64,000 nt of DNA from Myxococcales bacterium (GCA_045863395.1 BTVJ01000027.1:1-64000); one strand, 5' to 3'; counted from the first letter of the stretch, positions 8,668 to 18,237 are shown. The notes: generated from the letters alone by a model not told the origin. Made by a program: numbers and translations.

Positions 8668-10086
8668 TCAGAATTGGAAGTAGATGAACTCCATGGACTC
8701 GCGAACGCCGAGCACGAGCATCAGCGCGATCATGACGCCATAAACGGGGCCGAGCACCGGGGCGGGCAGCTTGGGGAACAGCAGCAGGTCCCGGCGCCAC
8801 TGCTGAGCGATCTGCGCGACCACCAGCGGCCCTGCGTAGAACAGGAGAGTGCGCGCCAGCTCCGCGGTGCGCGGTGACGTCTCCCACCCGATGCGCACGA
8901 GCATCTGCCACGCCTGGTCTGCGGAGTGGGAGCGGAAGAGGATCCACCCCACCACCGTCAGCGCGAACATCAGCAGCATCTTCAGCGGGGTCGCGAGCCC
9001 CAGCCAGTGGATTGGCGGGTGCCCGCTGGCAGCGCGCCAGGTCTCGACCCGACGGTAGATCACCAGGATGAGGCCGTGGAAGGCCCCCCAGAGGACAAAG
9101 TTCCAGGCCGCGCCGTGCCAGAGCCCGCCGAGGAGCATGGTCAGCGCGAGGTTGCGGTAGGTCCGCCACTCGCTGCCGCGGTTGCCGCCGAGGCCGATGT
9201 AGAGGTAGTCGCGGAGCCACGTGGAGAGCGAGATGTGCCAGCGCCGCCAGAAGTCGCTCGGGCTCGTCGCGAAGTACGGCAGGCGGAAGTTCACCATGAT
9301 GTCGAAGCCCATCATGCGGGCCACGCCCCGGGCGATGTCGCTGTAGCCGGAGAAGTCGCAGTAGATCTGGAACGTGAACGCCAGGGCGCCGATCAGCGTG
9401 TCGGCCCCGCGAAACGAGGCGTAGCCGTCGAAGACCTCGTTGGCGACGACCGCGAGGTTGTCCGCGATGACGATCTTCTTGAACAGCCCGACCATCACCA
9501 GATACAGGCCGGTGTGGACGCCCTCGGCCTTCACCGTGCGCCGTGACAGGACCTGGGGGAGCAGGTGCGTCGCGCGCTCGATGGGGCCCGCGACGAGCTG
9601 GGGGAAGAACGAGATGTACAAGGCGAAGTCGGTCCAGCGCCTGACGGGCTCCAACTGGCGCCGATAGACGTCCACCGTGTAGCTCATGGTCTGGAAGGTG
9701 TAGAAGGAGATGCCGACCGGGAGGAGCACGCGGAGCGTCGGCGCGTGCGCCTCGACGCCGGCGGCCCGGAGCGCCGTGACCAGGCTCTCGGCGAAGAACC
9801 CGAAGTACTTGAAGAAGCCGAGGACCCCGAGCTGTGTGACCACCGAGGCGAGCAGGAGCCCCTTGCGCCGTTGCTCGGCGACGGTCCCGAGCCCCCGCCC
9901 GATGCCGAAGTCCACGGTGATGGAGAAGACCATGAGCCCGAGGAAGCGCCAGTCCCACCAGCCGTAGAACAGAAAGCTCGCGGCGAGCAGCAGTAGATTC
10001 TGGGCGCGGTGCCACCGGGAGAGGGCGAGATAGGCGGCGTAGACCGTCGGGAAGAAGATCAGGAACTCGAGGCTGTTGAAGAGCAA
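8668..10086 (-). CDS. MBOAT family O-acyltransferase (AlgI/DltB/PatA-like)
   Basis: MLFNS..F, LPVGISFYTFQTMSY, FFPQLVAGPIER, FWRRWHISLSTWLRDYLY, GLWHGA. Confidence 0.95.
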   Translation of the reverse strand: MLFNSLEFLIFFPTVYAAYLALSRWHRAQNLLLLAASFLFYGWWDWRFLGLMVFSITVDFGIGRGLGTVAEQRRKGLLLASVVTQLGVLGFFKYFGFFAESLVTALRAAGVEAHAPTLRVLLPVGISFYTFQTMSYTVDVYRRQLEPVRRWTDFALYISFFPQLVAGPIERATHLLPQVLSRRTVKAEGVHTGLYLVMVGLFKKIVIADNLAVVANEVFDGYASFRGADTLIGALAFTFQIYCDFSGYSDIARGVARMMGFDIMVNFRLPYFATSPSDFWRRWHISLSTWLRDYLYIGLGGNRGSEWRTYRNLALTMLLGGLWHGAAWNFVLWGAFHGLILVIYRRVETWRAASGHPPIHWLGLATPLKMLLMFALTVVGWILFRSHSADQAWQMLVRIGWETSPRTAELARTLLFYAGPLVVAQIAQQWRRDLLLFPKLPAPVLGPVYGVMIALMLVLGVRESMEFIYFQF

Positions 10087-10290
10087 GGGCTACGTGGCTC
10101 CCGGTGCAGATCCCCGGTGCTGATACGCCTTCGGAGGGGGGCGGGTCAAGGCGACGGGAAGGGTCGTTCCACCGCGCCGCGAGCCCGGCGCTCGTGGTGC
10201 GGCGGCTCAATCCGCGCTGGACCTCGGGGCCTCGCCGCGATACGCTCCGACCACGATGCGCCCTCGCGCAAGGGCCCGTGGGAGGAGTCC

Positions 10291-12468
10291 ATGGCTCGGT
10301 GGTCCTGCGTCCTGCTCGGTGTCGCTCTGGTGACCTCGTCCGCTGTTGCCGCTCCGCTCCAGATGCCTCTCCAGGGGGTGCTGCGCGACAACGCTGGCAT
10401 GCCGGTCGCCGAGGGGAGCTTTGCCGTCACGTTTGCGCTCTACGAAGGGGAGACCGGAGGGTCACCCCTCTGGACCGAGGCGTGGCCGCCTACCGGCACG
10501 TGCGCTGGCGCGGGTTCGGGGTGCCTCACGGTCAGCAACGGCGCGTTCCACGTCATGCTGGGCTCCCACTCGCCGCTGAGCCCGTCCCTCTTCGGTGAGC
10601 ACGCTGAGCTGTGGCTCGGCATGAAGGTGGAGACGGACCCTGAGCTGCCGCGCCGGCGGGTGGGCGCCACGGGCCACGCGTTCCACGCGGCCCTGGCGGT
10701 CGAGGCGGCCGTGGCCGGGGCGCTCGCGTGCAGCGGCTGCGTCGGCGCCCAGGAGCTCGACCCGGCGGGCGTGGCGGCTGTGCTCCCCGGGTGGGATCAG
10801 GACGCCTCCGACGACCTGACCGCAGCGACCCTCTTCGGAGGGGACGTGACGGGGACGTGGGATGACCTGCGCATCGACTGCACCGGCTGCATCGGCGCGG
10901 GTGCCCTCGACGCCGCCCTGCTGGGGCAGCTCTCGGGTGGCGCCCTGCTGGAGGACGTGAGCAACGGGACCCTGACAAACACCTTCGACACCAGCGGGGC
11001 CAACGGCACCGTCGCGCCGCTCACCGAGGGCCTGGTCGGCGTCACGTCCTCGGTGACGCTGCCCGACGTGGGGACCATCATGTCCATGTCGGTGGACCTG
11101 AGCGTCGCCTACGTGGACGTGAAGGACCTCACGGTGACGCTGACCTCGCCGGCGGGGAGCACCGTGAAGCTGGTCGCCCGCAACCTGGTCGGGCCCGACA
11201 TCACCGGCACCTTCCCGACGACCCTGACGCCGTTCGAGGCGCTCACGCCGTTCGAGGGGCAGCCCATGGCGGGGGTGTGGACCCTGAAGATCGTCGACGA
11301 CGTGCCGAGCTTCTCACCGCCGGGCGACCTCGTGAGCTGGGCGCTGCACGTCCACTCCCTGTCGGGGGAGGCGGTGGCGAGCAACGCGTCGCTGGACATG
11401 CGGGGGCACGCGCTGACGGGGCTGCCGGAGCCGTCGGTCCCGAGCGACGTCGCCACCAAGGGCTACGTGGATGCGATGGTCTCGAGGGAGGTCTTCGGCG
11501 ATGGGTCCGACGGCGACGTCACCATCACGGGGACCGTCACCCTGGCCCGCAACATGTACTACAAGAACCTGACCATCAATGCGGGCGCGACGCTGCGGCC
11601 GGCCGGGTGGATGATCTTCGTCAGCGGGACCCTGACCAACAACGGCACCATCGAGCGCAACGGCAGCAACGGATCCTCAGGCGGCACCTGCCAGGGCTAC
11701 TGCTTCTCTGGTGGGGCAGCGGGGAGCGGGGGCGCTGGTGACGCAGGCGGCTTCCTGCCGCCCATCGTCGCCGGTGGCGGTGGTGGCGGTGGTGGCAATG
11801 GCCAGTGCAACGGGTGCCCGTCAGGGAGTCCGGGCGGTGGGGGCGGCTCCGGCCAGGCCGCGGTCGCCTGCCTGCTCGGCGCTGCGGGCCCGAAGGGCGG
11901 CAACGGCGGCGGCGGGACCGGCACGAGCGGCGGCAGCGGCGGGTCCGGGGGGCCCAGCTCGCTGACCAAGAACCCGAAGCTCACGCTGCCCACGCTCCAC
12001 ACCCTGCTTCACATGGTCGACTACGCGGACCTGGCCAAGTTCACGACGTCGGGCTCTCCCGGCGGCGGCGGCGGCGGCGGCGGCGCCAACGGCTGCCAGC
12101 GAGGTGGCGGCGGTGGCGGCGGCAGCGGCAGCAACGGAGGGCTCATCGTCGTCGTCGCGAAGAAGATCGCCGCGGTCGGCACCATCGCGGCGGTCGGTGG
12201 CAACGGCGGCAACGGTGGCGGCGGCTGTGAGTGCGGCGGAGTCTGCGGCGTGGCGGGCGGTGGCGGCGGCGGTGCCGGCGGCAACGGTGGCGCCGTGGTC
12301 CTTGCGTGGCTGAGCCGGGCCGCGGGCGGCACGATCACCCTGGCCGGCGGCACCCCAGGGGCGGGCGGGCCCGGCGCTCCGGCCGGAAGCGCCCCCAACG
12401 GCAGCGGCGGCAGCGCGGGGGCCGCAGGCGTCCTCGTCGACGTGGACCTGAGCCCGCTGCTCCAGTAG
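10291..12468 (+). CDS. Secreted protein with proprotein-convertase P-like domain and glycine-rich C-terminal domain
   Basis: RBS GGAGGAG before ATG 10291; signal peptide; DLTVTLTSPAG...GVWTLKIVD P-domain motif; DVATKGYVD; poly-Gly tail. Confidence 0.75.
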   Translation: MARWSCVLLGVALVTSSAVAAPLQMPLQGVLRDNAGMPVAEGSFAVTFALYEGETGGSPLWTEAWPPTGTCAGAGSGCLTVSNGAFHVMLGSHSPLSPSLFGEHAELWLGMKVETDPELPRRRVGATGHAFHAALAVEAAVAGALACSGCVGAQELDPAGVAAVLPGWDQDASDDLTAATLFGGDVTGTWDDLRIDCTGCIGAGALDAALLGQLSGGALLEDVSNGTLTNTFDTSGANGTVAPLTEGLVGVTSSVTLPDVGTIMSMSVDLSVAYVDVKDLTVTLTSPAGSTVKLVARNLVGPDITGTFPTTLTPFEALTPFEGQPMAGVWTLKIVDDVPSFSPPGDLVSWALHVHSLSGEAVASNASLDMRGHALTGLPEPSVPSDVATKGYVDAMVSREVFGDGSDGDVTITGTVTLARNMYYKNLTINAGATLRPAGWMIFVSGTLTNNGTIERNGSNGSSGGTCQGYCFSGGAAGSGGAGDAGGFLPPIVAGGGGGGGGNGQCNGCPSGSPGGGGGSGQAAVACLLGAAGPKGGNGGGGTGTSGGSGGSGGPSSLTKNPKLTLPTLHTLLHMVDYADLAKFTTSGSPGGGGGGGGANGCQRGGGGGGGSGSNGGLIVVVAKKIAAVGTIAAVGGNGGNGGGGCECGGVCGVAGGGGGGAGGNGGAVVLAWLSRAAGGTITLAGGTPGAGGPGAPAGSAPNGSGGSAGAAGVLVDVDLSPLLQ

Positions 12469-13064
12469 GCGCTCGATCCATTGCTCGCTCGGTTGCCAAG
12501 TGCGTCGTGCGAGGGGAGGGCTCGGTCGCGATACCAAGCGTCAGGACGGTGCCGTGGCCCGTGCCCAGGAAGAAGTGGGATTCCTCGGGAGCGCCGCTGA
12601 TCCTCACGAGATCGCCCGGACCCATCTCGTGGCCGGCCGAGAGGACGACGGCTCTGTCGCTGTCTGGGAGAAGCAGGCTCCTCCGCCTGCCTTCGGGAGG
12701 GCTGCCCTCAGTCGTCCAGCACAGGCAGACGTCATACGCCTCGTCCTCCACGGGTAATGGGGTCGGGCTGCCAATACCGGCCCCGTACAGTGAGCCCCCC
12801 TCCAGGGGGAGGGCGTCATGGTGGCGAGCCACACCACTGCGGAACAAGTCCCGGTGTGATTCTCGTGTGTGGCGTTCGCCGGGGAGCCAACAAGGGAGAA
12901 CATTCCCCGAGGAAGGAGAGCGCTTCAAACAGGGCGAAGACGCTGAAGGAAAGCTACCGGGACACGGTACTCCCAGGCGTCCGGAGGAGGTCGCCTGGGT
13001 CGGGAAGGAGCATTCGCTGCAAATGCGGATGCAGCGACGAGTGGAGGGGGCCGGGCGCAGACCC

Positions 13065-14240
13065 CTACGGCGCGGGGTCCACTGACGCCTTGGCCACGTT
13101 GGGCGCCAGCGGGACCTGGGCGCTCACGGCCTTCGCCGCTGCCAGATAGTAGCGCGAGAAGAAGGCTGTGTTTCCCTCGGCGAACAGGGTCGTCGCGACC
13201 CGGTCTGCCTCACGGATGACGACCTGCTCCGTATGGCAGAGCAGCCCCTCCACCCCGTCTGTGCGCCCGGTGGCTGCGTGGTTGATGCAACCGCACCACC
13301 ACACGCAGCGCCGGTCGAGCGCACAGCCCTCGCAGTCCGGCTTGAGTTGATCCTTGGGGCGCCTCAAGGCGAGGAGGCGATGGAGGTCGACTCCCGTGTC
13401 CACGTGCCCAATCACGAGCGGCTCCTCGCGGGGGCCGTCCTCACCGATGAGACGGTCACACGGGTAGATTCGCCCCGATGGCGCAACGGCGAGGTCCTTG
13501 CTCCCGAAGTCGCACCGCCCCTCCTCGGGCCAGCCGCCCTTCACCTGGCTCACGATCCGCGTATGGAAGGGCCGAAGGACGAAGTCCTCGCCAGCCCGGA
13601 AAGCGGCGATGGCGTTGTCTGCGAGCTCCACGTAGGCCTGATCGAGTTCGCCTATCGACTCGGCATCCCAGTGCGCCGAGTAGTCCAGGTTGAAGGCGAG
13701 CTGGCGAACGTCCAAGGAGCGCAGAAAGGCGAACGACGCAGGGAGGCGTCGCACATTGCCAGGGTGGACCACGGAGAGCGTCCGAACGGGCCCGAGCCGC
13801 TCCTTGGCGAGCCTCAGGCCGGCGACCACCCGCTCAAAGCTCCCATGCCCGCCCGGCCCCCGCCGGCCGGCGTCGTGCGCCGCCTCGTCGCCGTCGATGC
13901 TCACCGTGACGAGCACTCTGTGGCGGCGGAGCACGTCGAACACCTCCGAGCGCCCGGTCGCGAGCTGCGTCCCGTTGGTAGTGACCGCAAAACAGACCCT
14001 GACGCCGGCCTGGTCGGCGAGCTCCCGCGCCCGCGTCGCGATGGTATCGAGCAGATCGAGCGCCAGCAGCGGCTCGCCACCGAAGAAGCTCACACGGGTG
14101 AGCGGCTCGGGCCGGGCGAATGCGCGACGGAGCGCCTTCTCTGCGACGTCGAGCGACATGGGCCGCCGGGACTTGAAGCCCGTGTAGCAGTAGGTGCAGC
14201 GGAGGTCGCACCAGTGATCGAGCGTGAGCGAGACGTTCAT
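13065..14240 (-). CDS. Radical SAM enzyme with SPASM domain (peptide/protein maturase-like)
   Basis: CDLRCTYC (CxxxCxxC), FFGGEPLL, SIDG; SPASM C...GRIYPC...CEGC...C...CGC. Confidence 0.92.
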   Translation of the reverse strand: MNVSLTLDHWCDLRCTYCYTGFKSRRPMSLDVAEKALRRAFARPEPLTRVSFFGGEPLLALDLLDTIATRARELADQAGVRVCFAVTTNGTQLATGRSEVFDVLRRHRVLVTVSIDGDEAAHDAGRRGPGGHGSFERVVAGLRLAKERLGPVRTLSVVHPGNVRRLPASFAFLRSLDVRQLAFNLDYSAHWDAESIGELDQAYVELADNAIAAFRAGEDFVLRPFHTRIVSQVKGGWPEEGRCDFGSKDLAVAPSGRIYPCDRLIGEDGPREEPLVIGHVDTGVDLHRLLALRRPKDQLKPDCEGCALDRRCVWWCGCINHAATGRTDGVEGLLCHTEQVVIREADRVATTLFAEGNTAFFSRYYLAAAKAVSAQVPLAPNVAKASVDPAP

Positions 14241-14250
14241 CGCAGCGCCG

Positions 14251-15066
14251 TTACGGGAAGCTGAGGTCTGCGAGGTCCCCGTCGATCTCCGCGTACTGCT
14301 CGCAGAAAGGGACGCTCAGGGCGAGGGACACGATCCCCGCCGGCGAACCAGGGGACAGCGCTGCAAAGTGTTGCTCGAAGGCCGCCTGGAGGGTCGCAGT
14401 GATCGAAGCGACGCCCCCAGTGCCGAGATCGCCGCACCACACGCTCGCGATCACTCCGTCAGCCACGGTCTGCCCGGCGACGGTGCCGTGGTACGCCGCG
14501 TGAAATGCGGCCGACGTGCTCTGGATGACCAGCTTGTACCCGGCGTAGCCCCCGGTCTTGAGGTAGACGGTGGCGACGCCATCGCTCGGTATGTGAGCGA
14601 CGAAGATCTCCGCGCCGGTGGTGTCCGGTGCGGCCGTGTCGTCCGGTTGGCCGGCGTCCCCGTCGTCCGGTACGCCAGCGTCATCTGGGCCTGGCGATGC
14701 ACCGTCTTCGGGCGAGCTGCCCCCGGAGTCGCCCTGGGCACTGCGCCGGCCGGTGCTGCCCCCGTCGGCGTCTCCGCGGGGAGCCGGGTCCCCCGAACGC
14801 GTGCTGCCGGCGTCACCCGGCGAAGCGGGCACTTCTGGCCCCGCGTCTCCGTCTGCGACGGGCCCCTCACCCCCGTCGCCAGAGGCGCCATGCGCCGTCA
14901 AGATGCCGCTGCCAGGCTCGCAGCCGGCGATGAGCCCGCCCGCCACTCCGGCGGCGACCCCCGCCCTGGCCAGCCGCTCCAGAAACTCACGCCGATCACA
15001 CAGCAGCTCCTCGAGAGTCGGGTAGCCCGCTCGGGTCCCCCCCGTCACTTTCATTGGAGTCCTCAC
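14251..15066 (-). CDS. Tat-exported lipoprotein of unknown function, candidate radical SAM substrate
   Basis: GTG at 15066 with RBS GGAGG (alternative ATG 15054); GYPTL leader; twin-Arg DRREFL; lipobox IAGC; acidic Gly/Asp linker; ends 10 bp before the rSAM gene. Confidence 0.65.
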   Translation of the reverse strand: MRTPMKVTGGTRAGYPTLEELLCDRREFLERLARAGVAAGVAGGLIAGCEPGSGILTAHGASGDGGEGPVADGDAGPEVPASPGDAGSTRSGDPAPRGDADGGSTGRRSAQGDSGGSSPEDGASPGPDDAGVPDDGDAGQPDDTAAPDTTGAEIFVAHIPSDGVATVYLKTGGYAGYKLVIQSTSAAFHAAYHGTVAGQTVADGVIASVWCGDLGTGGVASITATLQAAFEQHFAALSPGSPAGIVSLALSVPFCEQYAEIDGDLADLSFP

Positions 15067-15262
15067 GGCCGCCTCCTGGCGAGCAGTGCCCTGCTTCTTG
15101 GAGTCGGGTGCAGGTGGATGCACCTGGCTGCGTCAATCGACACCGTGCCAGACTGGTGCGGACTCTGTCAACCCGTCGGGGAGGGGGCATTCAAAATGGC
15201 CCGTCGCGAGCGCGTGGGCGCGCCCGCGCGGGCCTTGGTTTGGATGCGAACGCCCTCGCGCC

Positions 15263-15733
15263 CTACCGCCGCGTCCTCTCCAGGTCCAGGTCGAGCGAGA
15301 CGCGCTGCGCCAGAGTGAAGCCCTGGCGCTGGAAGAAGCCGATGAGGCCCGTGTTGTCCCAGGGGACCTCGGTCTGGAGGCGGCGTATGCCAAGCGCCAG
15401 CAGGTTCGTGCGGAGCTGGTCGATGAGGGCCGAGGCGACGTGGCGGTCCTGGAAGTCCGGGTTGACGCCCACCACGTCCATGACCGCCGAGGGCTCCACC
15501 GTGCCGAACTCGCCGTAGTAGACGCGGGCGAGGAGGAAGCCGACGACGCGGCCGTCCACCTCCGCGGCCAGCGAGATGGCGATGCCGGTGTCGCGGAACG
15601 CCTGGGCCAGCTTCAGCGCCAGGAACTTGTCCCGGCGGCGGCCAGCCGTGGCGGCGTCGATGTGGATGATCGTCTCCAGGTCGCCGGGCGCCACGTTTCT
15701 GACCAGGACCTCGTCTCGCGGTGTCTGCTCCAT
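15263..15733 (-). CDS. GNAT family N-acetyltransferase (duplicate copy 1)
   Basis: Same protein sequence as 22284..22754; RBS AAGGAG; GVNPDFQDRHVASAL acetyl-CoA-binding loop. Confidence 0.85.
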   Translation of the reverse strand: MEQTPRDEVLVRNVAPGDLETIIHIDAATAGRRRDKFLALKLAQAFRDTGIAISLAAEVDGRVVGFLLARVYYGEFGTVEPSAVMDVVGVNPDFQDRHVASALIDQLRTNLLALGIRRLQTEVPWDNTGLIGFFQRQGFTLAQRVSLDLDLERTRR

Positions 15734-15743
15734 GGGAGTCTCC

Positions 15744-16203
15744 TTATCCGATGAGCTGGCCGCCGTCGACACGGAGCACCTGGCCCGTCACGTGGCGGCT
15801 GAGATCGCTGCAGAGGAAGAGCACGACGCGCGCCACGTCGTCCGGCTCGCCCAGGCGGCCGAGGGGAATCTCGGCCACCGCCTTCTGGCGCATGTCCTCG
15901 GGCACCTTGGCCGTCATGGGAGTCTCCACCCAGCCCGGGGTGACCAACTTGACGCGCACGTCCGTGAAGCCCAGCTCCCGCGCCGCGGTGCGGCCCAGCG
16001 CGTTGGCAGGGTCAGCAACAAATAGCTGCACGCCCCTCATGGCCGCCTTCGGGCGGCTCGGCCCCGGCCAACCCCGGGAGGTACCAGGAGTACATCCGCG
16101 GGGTTGGCCGAGGCCGATCCGCCGCGAACCCGGCGCACGAGGGCCGCGCCCATGTTGGTTGCTGACGCTGTGAGGCCACCCTTGCTGGCCGCGTAGGCCG
16201 CCT
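15744..16203 (-). pseudogene. 3' fragment of an SDR oxidoreductase (copy of 22765..~23057), interrupted by a MITE
   Basis: Aligns to the intact SDR on both sides of the insertion at 16007..16170 (AAYAASKGGL | NALGRTAARELG); the N-terminal half is missing. Confidence 0.85.
16007..16170. mobile_element. 164-bp MITE, copy 1
   Basis: Terminal IR CAGGGTCAGCAAC / GTTGCTGACGCTG; flanks TGG/TGA; near-identical to 47842..48005; interrupts the SDR copy. Confidence 0.85.
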
Positions 16204-16206
16204 CCT

Positions 16207-16410
16207 CGGCCTGATGTCGCTGATGGACCTCTTGCCTGGCACCGGCAGGACATGGTTCTTGAAGTGCCCCTCGGCCGTCTGGAACGACGAGGGCTTCATC
16301 TCGTGCCTGGCGTAGTCCTTGAGCCACGTCTCCGAGAACTCCCCATCATCGCCTGGCCAGAAAGGGCTCTCTCCAGGTGAGGCGATCCTGCGTTTACCTC
16401 TCACGGCCAT
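16207..16410 (-). pseudogene. N-terminal fragment of a tyrosine recombinase/phage integrase
   Basis: EFSETWLKDYARHEMKPSSFQTAEGHFKNHVLPVPGKRSISDI resembles the integrase SAM-like core-binding region; no catalytic domain. Confidence 0.65.
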
Positions 16411-16560
16411 CCCCCTCGCTGAGCGGCGACCAACTGCACGGTCTTCTCATCGAGCCATGCTACCAGGGAAGCCCGGTCGACGAGAAGGTGACGTCCGAGG
16501 CGGACGACGCCGGGGAGCTGGCCACAGGTCCGCGCCAAGGACCTCGGCGACGACGAGGCG
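16401..16560 (-). pseudogene. Excisionase-like (HTH_17/MerR-like) fragment
   Basis: GQLPGVVRLGRHLLVDRASLVAWLDEK; overlaps the integrase start; cut at its 5' end by the IS. Confidence 0.55.
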
Positions 16561-16684
16561 CTGCGCCCCAGCAACACTCTGCACCCGCCCAAGAGGTTGA
16601 CACCGAGGGGGCCGAGAAGTGGCCTCGTGCTCGGTGTTGCCGAACACCACGACCGGTGGGAGATCGGCACAGAGGAGCAACCCC

Positions 16685-17140
16685 ATGGGCGTGAAGAAGG
16701 ACGAGCAGGAACAGGTGGCGACGGGCGAGGTGCCGCGCACGGCCCCGCCCGGAGAGGAGGCTGGCGAGCGGAGCGAGCCAGCCTCCGGAGCGCAGGGCGG
16801 GGCCGTGCGCGGGCGGCCAGGTCGCAGAACCGTGGCGGAGCGCCGGGAGGCCGTCTTGGCGGTGCTGTCGGGCAAGGCGAGCGTTGACCAGGTAGCTCGG
16901 CGGTACGGCGTCTTGCCGGAGACCATGGTGGGCTGGCGGGAGCAGGCCCTCGGCGGCATCGAGGCCGTGCTAGCCCGGGGCGACAGCCGGTCGCCTCGCG
17001 AGCGCGAGCTCGAGCGTGAAGTCGTGCAGCTTCGGGATCTTGTAGCATCTCTCTCGGTGGAGAGAGCCCTGGCCGTCAAGGCCATCGAGGAGTGGAAGCG
17101 CCAGAGCCACCCTTCTCAGCCCGCTCGGTCGCGACGATGA
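16685..17140 (+). CDS. IS3-family transposase OrfA (HTH)
   Basis: RBS GAGGAG before ATG 16685; RREAVLAVLSG...VARRYGV...W HTH followed by a coiled coil; ATGA overlap with orfB. Confidence 0.75.
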   Translation: MGVKKDEQEQVATGEVPRTAPPGEEAGERSEPASGAQGGAVRGRPGRRTVAERREAVLAVLSGKASVDQVARRYGVLPETMVGWREQALGGIEAVLARGDSRSPRERELEREVVQLRDLVASLSVERALAVKAIEEWKRQSHPSQPARSRR

Positions 17141-18237
17141 GCCTGGAGACCGACGCGGGCATCGCTACAGTGACCCAGGCGTGCAGCGTAATGGGGATCT
17201 CGCGAGCTGCCTACTACGCAGCACGCGGCACCAAGCGACCGGCTCTTCGCGTTGTGCGAGGCGAGGGGCAGCCACCGACGGCTGGGTCTCCTGAGGCCTC
17301 TGTGCCACACGCCCACGAGGCCGCGGGGGATCCCGCGAACGTGGCCGACGCGCGGCCCTCCGTGTCCGCCGTCGTCCGCGCCGTCGAACCGGAGAGTGGC
17401 GCACCCGCCATCGAGGGAGCGCACCCGCCTACGCCCCCTGTGAGCGCCAAGGGGGTCGCGTTGCCCGCCGACGGGGGACGCCCCGGATCGTGGCAGCCCG
17501 CCGCCTCCACGGAGGTGCTGCGCGCGACGATCACGACGATCATCGCGCTCTTCCCCGCATGGGGCGTGAGGAAGGTCTGGGCGACCATGCGGCGCCCTCC
17601 GTAGAACATCCGCGCCGGCGCCAAGCGCATCTGGGCCAGCATGAAGGACATGGGACTGACACTATCCCCTGATCGCCGGCGTGAACCAGTGACGGCCCGC
17701 CACATCTTCACAGAGGAGCCCAACCGCCGCTGGGCCACCGACCTGACTACCGTCTGGACGGAGCTCGACGGCACCGTCGCCATCACCCCCGTCATCGACT
17801 GCGGCTGCCGCACCGCCCTGGCGATAGGCGTGACCAAGCCCCAGGACTCCGCGGCGGTCCTGGCCCCTTTGCGGCAGGCCCTCGAGGAGCACTTCGGCAG
17901 TCCCTCGGCCGTCCCGGACGACCTCGAACTCCGCACCGACCATGGGCCCCAGTACACCCGCGACGACTGCCACACGCCGTGCACGGAGTGGAACCTGGAT
18001 CACACCTTCGCCCCCGTCGGCCGCCCGACCGGAAACTCCGTCGCGGAGCGCTTCATCCGGACCCTCAAGGAGGAGTGCATCTGGCTGAAGGACTGGAAGT
18101 CCCCCGCCGAGGTCCGCGACGCCATCAACGAGTGGATGGTCACCTACAACGAGCAGAGGCCCCATCAGGCACTCAACTGGTCCACGCCCGCCGAAAGGCG
18201 TGCGGCGCGCCTTCCCCGTATGGAGATGGCTGTATGA
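17137..18237 (+). pseudogene. IS3-family transposase OrfB (DDE) with in-frame TAG at 17602-17604
   Basis: ORFs 17092..17604 and 17641..18237 share a frame; WATDLT, RTDHGPQY, ERFIRTLKEE, YNEQRPHQAL. Confidence 0.85.

Noticed and set aside
15315..15877. Duplicated segment as a DGR TR/VR pair or an att site
   Set aside because: The core is identical, edge differences are mostly synonymous and not adenine-specific, and it is much longer than a usual att core.
17602..17604. In-frame TAG as pyrrolysine or programmed readthrough
   Set aside because: No pyl genes are in the window and TAG is used as a normal stop in many genes here; a nonsense mutation is simpler.
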